Shown here one piece after another: positions 35,870 to 47,919 of a stretch of 64,000 bases of DNA. The DNA lies in assembly GCA_030390025.1 (NCBI GenBank), contig CM059432.1, positions 120,158,001 to 120,222,000 on the forward strand, in the 5' to 3' direction. The stretch's first letter is position 1. Each line of letters begins with the position of its first letter. The notes under the pieces are model-generated. The model was not told where the DNA came from. It ran no database searches and saw only the letters and a list, made by a program, of their open reading frames with translations. A program made the position numbers and the translations under genes. This DNA comes from Squalus acanthias (taxonomy: Eukaryota).

Positions 35870-37769
35870 CATGCACACCAAGGTCTCTCTGATCCTCTGT
35901 CCTTCCTAGGGTCCTACCATTCATTGAGTATTCCCTTGCCTTGTTAGTCCTCCCAAAATGCATCACCTCACACTTTTCAGGGTTAAATTCCATTTGCCTC
36001 TGTTCTGCCCATCTGCCAACCCGTCTATATTATCCTGTAGCCTGAGGCTTCCCTCCTCGCTATTTACCACTCCACCAATTTTTGTGTCATCTGCGAACTT
36101 ACTGATCATACCTCCTACATTCATATCTAAATCATTAATGTATACTACAAACAGTAAAGGACCCAGCACCGATCCCTGTGGTACACCACTGGACACAGGC
36201 TTCCAGTCACAAAAACAACCTTCGACCATCACCCTTTGCCTCCTGCCACTAAGCCAATTTTGGTTCCAATGTGCCAAATTGCCCTGGATCCCATGGGCTC
36301 TAACCTTCTTGACCAGTCTCCCATGCGGGACTTTGTCAAAAGCCTTACTGAAGTCCATGTAGACTACATCAACTGCACTACCATCATCCACACACCTAGT
36401 CACCCCCTCGAAAAATTCAATTAAATTGGTTAGACATGATCTCCCCCTGACAAAGCCATGCTGACTATCCTTGATTAATCCTTGCCTCTCCAAGTGGAGA
36501 CTAATTCTGTCCCTCAGAATTTTTTCCAATAATTTCCCTACCACTGATGTTAGGCTCACTGGCCTGTGATTCCCTGGTTTATCCCTATTACCCTTCTTGA
36601 ATAATGGTACTGCGTTAGCTGTCCTCCAGTCCTCTGGCACCAACCCTGTGGCCAGAGAGGATCTGAAAATTTGTGTCAGAGCCCCTGCAATCTTCTCCCT
36701 TGCCTCACACAGCAGCCTGGGGTACATCTCGTCTGGGCCTGGGGATTTATCCACTTTTAAGCCCGTTAAAACCGCTAGTACCTCCTCCCTCTCAATACTA
36801 ATTTGTTCAAGTGTATCACAATCCCCCTGCCTGATTTCTATGCCTACATCGTCCTTCTCCATAGTGAACACAGATGCAAAATATTCATTTAAAACCTCAC
36901 CCACATCTTCCGGCTCTACACACAGATTGCCACTTTGGTCCTTAATGGGCCCTACTCTTTCCCTGGTTATCCTCTTGCCCTTAATATACTTATAAAACAC
37001 CTTGGGATTTTCCTTTATTTTGCCCGCCAGTGTTTTTTCATGCCCCCTCTTCGCTCTCCTAATTTCTTTTTTTAAGTACCCCCTGCACTTTCTATACTCT
37101 TCCAGGGCTTCCATTGTTTTTAGTCCTTTGTATCTGCCAAAAGCCTCCCTTTTTTTCCTAATCCATTCTTGTATATCCCTTGACATTCAGGGTTCCCTGG
37201 GCTTGTTGGTCCCACCCTTGACCTCTACGAGAACATGCTGGCGTTGTACTCTCTCTATTTCCTTTCTGAAAGACTCCCACTGCTCTGATGTGGATTTTCC
37301 TACAAGTAGCTGATCCCAGTCCACTTTGGCCAGATCCTGCCTTATCATATTAAAATCGGCCTTCCCCCAATTTAGAACCTTTATTTCTGGTCCATCTTTG
37401 TTCTTCTCCATGACTAGCACCCGGAAGGCAGCGGACCTGCCCCCAACTTGTCTCGGCTGCCAAAATCCAGCCCCTGGTGTCAGGAAATCAAAGGGCTGAA
37501 TATTTTATTTCTGGCCGCACTGGAAAATGGGGGGAAGTATTGGATCGGTCGTCCATTATACACCCTGCCCATTGTCCACCAGCGCTGACAATTAAAATCA
37601 GCCATTTTCAAGTGTTGGAAGTTGCCCTCCCAGGTGGATATACAAGATTACAAAGAGCAGGGGAATTCGCCTAAGCCCCGATTTGAACCTAACCCATCTG
37701 GCAAGAATGGGCGGGCTCTGATCAAATCTGCCCTGTTCCCACTTAGCTTAGGGTGAAATGAGCCCTCTG

Positions 37770-38485
37770 GAGCGTTGGCCAACATTTATCCCTCAACCAA
37801 CATCACAAAAACAGATTATTTGATCCGTTATCTCATTGCTGTTTGTGAGGCCTTGCTGTGCACAAATTCTGTATTTCCTTACATTACAACAACAACAACT
37901 TGTACTTATATAGCGCCTTTAACATAGTAAAATGTCCCAAGGCACTTCACAGGAGCAGTATAAGACAAAAAAATTGACACCGAGCCGCATAAGGAGAAAT
38001 TAGGGCGGGTGGCCAAAAGCTTGGTCAAAGAGGTAGGTTTTAAGGAGCGGTCTTAAAGGAGGAAAGAGAGGTAGAGAGGCGGAGAGGTTTAGGGAGAGAA
38101 TTCCAGAGCTTAGGGCCTAGGCAACAGAAGGCACGGCCACCAATGGTTGAGCGATTATAATCAGGGATGCTCAAGAGGGCAGAATTAGAGGAGCGCAGAT
38201 ATCTTGGGGGGTTGTGGGGCTGAAGGAGATTACAGAGATAGGGAGGGGCGAGGCCATGGAGGGATTTGAAAACAAGGATGAGAATTTTGAAATCGAGACA
38301 TTGCTTAACCAGGAGCCAATGTAGGTCAGCGAGCAGAGGGGTGATGGGTGAATGGGACTTGGTGCGAGTTAGGACACGGGCAGCTGATAATATCTACACC
38401 TCAAAGGTATTTAATTGGCTGTGAAGTGGCTTGGCACACCTGAGGTTGTGAAAGGCACTTTATATAAATGCAAGTTCTTTGTTTG
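37770..38485 (+). mobile_element. DeuSINE 3' half interrupted by an L2 fragment
   Basis: GGCCAACATTTATCCCTCAACCAACATCAC...CCTTACATTACAAC | ...TTGGCTGTGAAGTGGCTTGG...TATATAAATGCAAGTT. Confidence 0.7.
37884..38386 (-). mobile_element. L2-clade LINE 3' end
   Basis: (AAC)n tail followed by TTGTACTTATATAGCGCCTTT; same family as 11916-12037/16833-17083. Confidence 0.8.
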
Positions 38486-39403
38486 CAGTTTACTCCTGTT
38501 AATTCAAAGTTCTTTTTTGCTTAAAAATGTCAAATTATCCAGTAATTTGAATTTAAGGAATTTAAATAAAATAGCACAGGAAATTTTGGAATTAACAGAT
38601 AATTCAAGCTATGCAAATCAGAACTAAGAAATGTAAATAGTATACGCAAGCAGCAGTTATTTCAGTTTATTAATTGACTTCTGCCTCATCACTTTGGAAC
38701 ATGAAACAATTAAGAGATAATGTGCATGAACAGGATTTTCACTGAAGTTTTGCCATCATAATGGCTGCAGAGCAAAGAAACCCTGAGGAAATTCACTCCC
38801 TAACAATTTAAATACCAAGATCTTGGGCAGAATTTCCCTTTTCATATTCCTGCGCCTAAATTAATGGCCAGAAAATCGGACAAGATTTCTCCATGCTCAA
38901 ATTTTCCTATATGCAATATGCCCAGGTGTTGAATACACCCAGGTGATCCAATACACCCAGTGGTCCATTATCCCCAGGTGATTCAATACACCCAGGTGAT
39001 CCATTACTCCCAGGTGATCCAAAATACCCAGGTAATCTAATACAACCGGGTGATCCTTTACTCCCAGGTGATCCTATACACCCAGGTGATCCAATGCACC
39101 CAGGTGATCCAATACACCCAGGTGATCCATTACCCCCAGGTGATCCAATACACCCAAGTGATCCATTACCCCCAGATGATCAAATAAACTCAGGTGATCC
39201 AATACTCCCAGGCAATCCAATATACCCAGATGATCCATTGCACCCTGGTGATCCATTACACACTGGTGATCCATTACACACTGGTGGCCCATTACACCCT
39301 GGTGATCCATTAAGCCCAGATGATCCACTAGGCCCAGTTGATTCAATATGCCTAAATGATCCAATACACACATGTGATCCAATACACCCAGGTGATTCAA
39401 TTC

Positions 39404-39820
39404 CTAAGAACATAAGAACATAAGAAATAGGAGCAGGAGTAGGCCATTTGGGCCCTTGAGCCTGCTCCAGCATTCAATAAGATCATGGCTGATCTTCTAC
39501 CTCAACTCCACTTTCCTGCACTATCCCCATATACCTTGATTCCCTTAATATTCAAAAATCTATTGATTTCTGTCTTGAATATACTCAACGACAGAGCCTC
39601 CACAGCCCTCTGGGGTAGAGAATTCCAAAGATTCACCACCCTCAGAGTGAAGAAATTTCTCCTCATCTCAGTCCTAAATGGCCGACCCTTTATTCTGAGA
39701 CTGTGACCCCTGGTTCTAGACTCCCCAGTCAGAGGAAACATCCTCCCTGCATCTACCCTGTCAAGCCCTGTAAGAATTTTGCATGTTTCAATGAGATCAC
39801 CTCTCATTCTTCTAAATTCT
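39404..39820 (-). mobile_element. CR1 3' fragment inside the satellite
   Basis: MRGDLIETCKILTGLDRVDAGRMFPL...WNSLPQRAVEA; CATAAGAA tail; very similar to 30362-30798. Confidence 0.92.
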
Positions 39821-40801
39821 TCTCATTCACCCAGATGATCCAGTACATCCAGATGATCCATTATGCCCAGGTGATCCAACATGCCCAGGTGATCCATGAT
39901 GCCCAGGTGACCCATTACAGCCAGGTGATCCAACATGTCCAGGTAATCCATTACTCCCAGGTGATCCAAAATACCCAGGTGATCCATTACTCCAAGTGAT
40001 CCAAAACATCCAGGTGATCCATTATGCCCAGGTGATCCATTATGCCCAGGCAACACAATAAGCCAAGGTGATTCAAAATGCCCAGGTCATCCATTATGCC
40101 CAGGTGATACATTATGCACTTGTGAAGCAATATGTACAGTTGATCCAATACACCCAGGTGATCCATTATGCCCAGGTGATCCAATGCATCCAGGAGATCC
40201 ATTATTCACAGGTGATCCAATATGCCCAGGTATGCATTATGCCCTGTGATCCAATATAGTCAGATAATCCCTTACACCCAGGTGATACATTGTGCCAGGC
40301 GATCCAACATGCCCAGGTGATCCATTACGCCCAGGCGATCCAATGCATCCAGGAGATCCATTACACGCAGCTGATCCAAAAATGCCGAAGTGATTTATTA
40401 CACCCAAGTAATCCAATAAACCCAGGTGATCTATTATGTCCAGGTGATCCATTACATCTAGGTGATCCAATAAACCCAGGTGATCCAATATACCCAGGTG
40501 ATCCATAACGTCCAGGGAATCAAATACACCCAGGTGATCCAATATACCCAGGTGATCCAATACACACAGGTGATCCATTACTTCCAGGTGATCCAATACA
40601 CCCAGGTGATCCAATACACACAGGTGATCCATTACTTCCAGGTGATCCAATACACCCAGGTGATCCAATACACACAGGTGATCCATTACACCCAGGTGAT
40701 CTATTATGCCCAAGTGATCTGATACACCCAGGTGATCCATTAAACCTAGGCAATCCAATATTCCGAGGTGATCCTTTACACCTAGGTGATCGAATACTCC
40801 G

Positions 40802-41262
40802 AAAAAGAAAGTCTTGCATTTATATAGCGTCTTTCACGACCACCGGACGTTTCAAAGTGCTTTACAGCCAATGAAGTACTTTTGAAGTGGAGTCACTGTT
40901 GTAATGTAGGAACATGGGCAGCCAATTTGCGCACAGCAAGGTCCCACAAACAGCAATGTGATAATGACCAGATAATCTGTTTTTGTTATGCTGGTTGAGG
41001 GATAACTATTGGCCAGAGCACCGGGGATAACGCTCCTTCTCGTCTGCGAAATAGTGCCATGGGATCTTTTATGTCTACCTGAGAGAGCAGACAGGGCCTC
41101 GGAAAGACGGCACCTCTGACAGTGCAGCACTCCCTCAGCACTGCACTGCACTGCAGTGTCAGCCTAGCTGTATGTGCTCAAGTCCCTGGAGTGGAACTTG
41201 AACCCACAACCTTCTGACTCAGAGGCGAGTGTGCTATCAACTGAGCCACAGCTGACACGGAC
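40802..41262 (-). mobile_element. Near full-length DeuSINE (SacSINE1-like)
   Basis: tRNA-like head (A box TGGCTCAGTTGA, B box GGTTCAAGTTCC); Deu-type core TGCAGTGCTGAGGGAGTGCTGCACTGTCAGAGGTGCCGTCTTTC; L2-like tail CGCTATATAAATGCAAG. Confidence 0.85.
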
Positions 41263-44200
41263 GATCCACTAGGTGATCCATTATATCCAGGTGATTTAAT
41301 ACACCCAGGCAATCCAATATACCTAGGTGATCCATTACACCCTGGTGATCCATTAAGCCCAGGTGATCCATTAAGCCCGGTTGCTCCAATACACCCAAAT
41401 GATCCAAAGCATCCAGAAGATCCATTATTCACAGGGGATCCATTACCCCCAGGCAATACATTACAACCAGGTGATCCATTACCCCCCAGGTTATCCATTG
41501 TATCCAGGTGATCCAATATGCCCAGGTGATCCAATACACCTCAGTGATCCATTATTCCAGTTGATCCATTATGCCCAGATGATCCCATATGCACAGGTGA
41601 TCCATTATGCCCAGGTGACCCAATACACCCAGGTGATCTTTAAAGCACAGGTGATCCATTAAGCCCAGTTGCTCCAATACACCCAGATGATCCAAAGCAT
41701 CCAGAAGATCCATTATTTGTAGGGGATCCATTACCCCCAGGCAATCCATTACAACCAGTTGATCCATTACACCCAGATGATCCAAAACATCCAGGTGATC
41801 CATTACCCCCCAGGTTATCCATTGTGCCCAGGTGATCCCATATGCACAGGTGATCCATTATGCCCAGGTGACCCAATACACCCAGGTGATCTTTAAAGCA
41901 CAGGTGATCCAATGCACCCAGGTGGTCCATTATGCCCAAGTGATGCATTACACCCAGGTGATCCATTTTTACCAAAATGACCCATTACAACCAGGTGATC
42001 CATTAAGACTAGGAGTTCCAGTATACCAAGGCAATGCCATTTGCCTAAGTGATCCATTAGAACCAGGTGATCCATTACACCCAGGTGATTCAATTCACCC
42101 AGGTGATCCAATACACTCATGATATCCATTATGGTCAGGTGACCCAATACACCCAAGAAATCCATTAGAACCAGGTGATCCATTCAGCCCAGGAGATACA
42201 TTACACCAAGTGATCCAATGCACCCAGATGATCCAGTACACCCAGGTGATCCAATATGCCCAGGTGCTCAATTTTGGCTGAGTGACCCAATACACCCAGG
42301 TGATCCATTACATCCAGGTGATCCACCACACCCTGGTGATCCATTATGCCCAGATGATCCATAAACTGAGGGGATCCAATAAGCCCAGGTGATCCATTAC
42401 AACCAGGTGATCCAATGCATCCAGAAGATACATTACTCACAGGTGATCCATTACACCCAGATGATCCCATGCATCCAGCAGATCCATTATTCACAAGAGA
42501 TCCATTACACCTAGGTGATCCAATACACAGAGGTGATCCATTGTGCCCAAATTATCCCATATGCACAGGTGATCCATTACACCCAGGTGATCCAGAGCAT
42601 TTGGAGTATCCATTATTTGCAGGGGATCCATTACCCCCAGGTAACCCATTACAACCAGGTGATCCATTACACCCAGGTGATCCAATACATCCAGGTGATC
42701 GAATGCATCAAGGAGATCCATTATTCCCAGGTGATCCATTAAACCCGGTGATCCAATGTTTTCAGGAGATACATTACCCCCAGGTGATCCATTGTGCCCA
42801 GGCAATCCAATATGTCCAGGTGATCCAATGCACCCAGGTGATCCAGTGCACCCAGGTGATCCAATTTTGCCCAAGTGATCCAATACACCCAGGTGATCCA
42901 TTACACCCAGGTGATCCAATACACCCAGGTCATTCATTGCACCCAGGTGATCCAACGCTTCCAGGAGATCCATAATTCACAAGTGATCCATTACAGCCAG
43001 GTGATTCAACACACACACAGGTGATCCATTACACCCAGGTGATCCAATGCATCCATGAGTTCCATTAATCCCAGGTGAACCATTACTCCCAGGTGATCCA
43101 AAGCATCTGGAGTATCCATTATTCGCAGGGGATCCATTACCCCCAGGTAACCCATTACAACCAGGTGATCCATTACACCCAGGTGATCCAATACATCCAG
43201 GTGATCAATTACCCCCAGGTGATCCATTGTGCCCAGGTGATCCAATGTGCCCAGGTGATCCAATACACCTAGATGATCCATTACTCCAGGCGATCCATTA
43301 CACCCAGGTGATCCCATATGCACAGGTGATCCATTATGCCCAGGTGATCCAATACACCAAGGTGATTCTTTAAGCACAGGTGATCCAATGCACCCAGGTG
43401 ATCCATTGTGTCCAAGTGATCCATTACACCCAGGTGATCCATTATACCAAAAATGACCTATTAAAACCAGGTGATTATTAAGACTAGGAGTTCCAGTACA
43501 CCCAGGTGATGCCATTTGTCGAGGTGATCCATTAGAACCAGGTGATCCATTAAGACTGGGTGATCCATTACAACGGTGATCTAATGCATCCAGGTGATCC
43601 ATTGCACCCAGGTGATCCAATACACCCAGGTGATCCATTACGCTAGGGTGTTCCAACATACCTGGTCATTCATTGCACCCAGGTGATACACCACTTCCAG
43701 GAGATCCATAATTCCAAAGTGATCCATTACACCCAGGTGATCCAAAGTATCCAGAAGATCCAATATGCCCAGGTGATCCATTGCACCCAGATGATCCAAT
43801 ACACTCAGGTGACCCATTGTGCCCAGGCGATCCAATATGCCTATGTGATCCATACACCCAGATGATCCAATGCACCTAGGTGATCCATTACACCTTGGTG
43901 ATCCAATGCATCCAGGTGATCTAGTACACACAGGTGATCCATTACATCTTGGTGAGCCAATGCATCAAGGGGATCTATTATTCTCAGGTAATCCATTACA
44001 TCCAGGTGATCCAATACACACATGTGATCCAATGCACCCAGGTGATCCATTACACCTAGGTGATCCAATGTGCCCAGGTGATCCAATGCACACAGGTGAT
44101 CCAATACACCCAGATGATTCATTACACCTTGGTGATCCAATGCACCCAAGTGATCCAATACACACAGGTGATACGTTACACTTAGATGATCCAATGCATA

Positions 44201-47200
44201 CAGGAGATCCACTATTCCCAGTTGATCCATTACACACAGGTGATCCAATTCATCCCGGAGATTCATTATTCCTAGGTGATCCATTACACCCAGGTGATCC
44301 AATGCTTCCAGGAGATACATTACCCCCAGGTGATCCATTGTGCCAAGGCGATTCAATATGTCCAGGTGATCCATTATGCCGAAATGATCCATTACAAAAA
44401 GGTGATCCATTAAGACTAGGAGTTCCAGTACACCCAGGTGATGCAATTTGCTGAAGTGATCCATAAGAACCAGGTGATCCAATACATGCAGGAGATCCAT
44501 TTCACCCAGGTAATACAATACACACAGGTGATCCATTACACCCAGGTGATCCAATGCATCCAGGAGATCCATTATTCTCAGGTAACCCATTACATGCAGG
44601 TGATCCAATACACAGAAGTGATACCATACACCCAGATGATCCATTACACATAGGTGATCCAATGCACCCAGGTGATCCAATACACACAGGTGATCCAATA
44701 CACCCAGATGATCCATTACACATAGGTGATCCAATGCACCCAGGTGATCCAATACACACAGGTGATACATTACACAAAGGTGATCCATTAAGACTAGGAG
44801 TTCAAGTACACCCAGGTGATACAATTTGCCGAAGTGATCCATTAGAACCAGGTGATCCATTAAGACCGGGTGATCCATTACACCCAGGTGATCCAATACA
44901 TCCAGGTGATCCATTACATCCAGGTGATCCAATACACCCAGGTGATCCAATACACCCAGGTGATCCAATGCATCGAGGTGATCCAGTACACTCATGTGAT
45001 CCATTATGGTCAGGTGACCCAATACACCCAAGAAGTGCATTAGAACCAAGTGATCCAATAGGCCCAGGTGATCCATTACACCCAGGTGATACGTTATGTC
45101 AAGTTATCCAATGCACCCAGATGATCCAGTACACCCAGGTGATCCAATATGCCCAGGTGATCAATTTTGGCTGAGTGATCCAATACACCCAGATGAGCCA
45201 TTACATCCAGGTGATCCACCACACCGTGGTGATCCATTATGCCCAGGTGATCCATAAACCGAGGGAATCCAATAAGCCCAGGTGTTCCAATGGACTCAGG
45301 TGATCCAATACACCCAGGTGATCCAATACACCCTGGTCATTCATTGCACCTAGGTGATCCAATGATCCAGGAGATCCATAATTCCCAACTGATCCATTAC
45401 ACCCAGGTGATCCAATACACACGGGGATCCATTACACCCAGGTTATCCAATGCATCCAGGAGTTCCATTATTCCCAGGTGATCAAGAGCATCCAGAATAT
45501 CCATTATTTGCAGCTGATCCAATACACCCAGGTGATCCATTACACCCAGGGGATCCATTGTGCCCAGGTGTACCAATACACCCAGATGATCCATAACACC
45601 AAGCTGATCCATTACACCCAGCTGATCCAATATGCAAAAGTGATCCTTATACCCTGGTGATCCATGACACACAGGAGATCCATTACACCTTGGTGATCCG
45701 ATGCATACAGGAGATCCATTATTCCCAGGTGATCCATTACTCCCAGGTGATCGAATACACACAGATGATCCATTACACCCAGGTGATCCAATGCATTCAG
45801 GTGATCCATCATTCCCAGATGATCCAATACACCCAGATGATCCAATAAATACATTTGATCCATTAAACCAGGTGATCCAATGCATCCAGATGACCCATTA
45901 TTGGCAGGAGATTCATTACCCCAGGTGATCCACTACAGCTAGGTGATCCATGACACCCAGGTGATCCATTACACCCAGGTGATCCAATACACACAGGTGA
46001 ACCATTACACCCAGGTGATCCAATGCATCCAGAAGATACATTATGCACAGGTGATCCATTACACCCAGATGATCCAATGCATCCAGGTGATCCATTACAC
46101 CCAGATGATCCAATGCATCCAGGTGATCCATTACACCCAGATGATCCAATGCATCCAGGTGATCCATTACACCCAGGTGATACAATGCTTTCAGCAGATA
46201 CATTATCCCAGGTGATCCATTGTGCCCAGGCGATCCAATATGTCCAGGTGATCCATTATGCCAGGTGATCCAATGCTTCCAGGAAATCCATTATTCACAG
46301 GAGCTGCATTACCCCCAGGTAACCCATTACAACCAGGTGATCCATTACACCCATGTGATCCAATACATCTAGGTGATCCATTACCCCCCAGGTGATCCAT
46401 TGTGCCCAGGCAATCCAATATGCCCAGGTGATCCAATACACCTAGGTGATCCAGTACTCCAGGTGATCCATTATGCCCAGGTGATCCCATATGCACAGGT
46501 GATCCATTATGCCCAGTTGATCCAATACACCCAGGTGATGCTTTAAGCACAGGTGATCCAATGCACCCAGATGATCCATTATGCCCAGGGATGCATTGTG
46601 CCCAGGTGATCTAATACACCCCGGTGATCATTTATACTGAGCTGATCCATTGTGCCCAAGTGATCCAATACACCAGGTGATCCATTACACACAGGTGATC
46701 CATTACACCCAGGTGATCCAATGCATCCAGGAGTTCCTTTAATCCCAGGTGATCCATTACACCCAGGTGATCCAAAGCATCCAGAAGATCCATTATTTGC
46801 AGGGGATCCATTACCCCCAGGTAACACATTACAACCAGTTGATCCATTACACCCAGATGATCCAAAACATCCAGGTGATCCATTACCCCCCAGGTTATCC
46901 ATTGTGCCCAGGTGATCCAATATGCCCAGGTGACCCAATACACCTGGGTGATCCTTTAAGCACAGGTGATCCAATGCAACCAGGTGGTCCATTATGCCCA
47001 AGTGATCCATTACACCCAGGTGATCCATTGTACCAAAATGACCCATTACAACCAGGTGATCCATTAAGATGAGGAGTCCCAGTACACCCAAGTGATGCCA
47101 TTTACCCAGGTGATCAATTTTGGCTGAGTGATCAATACACCCTGGTGATCCACTATGCCCGGGTGATCCATAAACCAAGGGGATCCAATAAGCTCAGGTG

Positions 47201-47557
47201 ATCCAATGCACCCAGGTGATCCAGTACACCCAGATGATCCAATTTTGCTCAAATGTTCCAATACACCCAGGTAATCCATTACACCCAGGTGATCCAATAC
47301 ACCCTGGTCATTCATTGCACCTAGGTGATCCAATGATTCCAGGAGATCAATAATCCCCAAGTGATCCAATACACACAGGTGATCCATTATTCCCAGGTGA
47401 TCCAAAGCATCCAGAAGATCCATTATCCAAAGGGGATTCATTACCCCAGGTGATCCATTACACTCAGGTGATCCAATACACCCAGGTGATCCATTACACC
47501 CAGGGGATCCATTGTGCCCAGGTGAACCAATACACCCAGGTGATCCATAACACCAGT

Positions 47558-47919
47558 GAAACATTGGATCACCTGGGTGTAATGGATCATCTGGGTTTAA
47601 TGGATCACCTGGGTGTAATGGGTCACCTAGATGTAATGGATCACCTGGGATTATGGATCTCCTGCCAATAATGGAGCATCTGGATGCATTGGATCACCTG
47701 GTTTAATGGATCAAATGAGTTTATTGGATCATCTGGGTGTAATGGATCACCTGGATGTATTAGATCACATGGGTTTAATGGATTAATTGTGTGTATTGGA
47801 TCACCTGTGTATAATGGATCAACTGGGAATAATGGATCTCCTGGATGCATTGGACCACCTGCGTGTAATGAATAACATGTGTGTATTGGATCACCTGGGT
47901 GTAATGGATCACCTGGATC
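47558..47919 (-). repeat. Inverted block of about 20 satellite monomers
   Basis: Plus strand switches to (ATTGGATCACCTGGGTGT)n and switches back at GGATCC 47915-47920. Confidence 0.95.

Larger units (their letters stand above)
32549..37414 (-). mobile_element. Longest CR1 LINE in the window (about 2.2 kb net), 5'-truncated; hosts a MITE and a solo LTR
   Basis: 407-aa open RT segment (KSPGPD, NHRPVSLTSVVGKLLE, QHGF, YMDFSKAFDKVPH, GVPQGSVLGP, FADDTK) plus a 190-aa C-terminus; CATAGAGT-type tail at 32549-32560/33451. Confidence 0.95.
31797..37473 (+). mobile_element. Harbinger-type MITE (about 0.8 kb of own sequence) inflated by nested insertions
   Basis: Perfect 12-bp TIR GGGCTGGATTTT; TSD CTG at 31794-31796 and 37474-37476; 32345-32545 is homologous to about 11355-11555. 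Confidence 0.85.

Noticed and set aside
41190..41262. tRNA genes here, at 58100-58178 and at 21450-21544
   Set aside because: The A/B boxes are SINE heads continuous with SINE bodies; no complete cloverleaf was evident.
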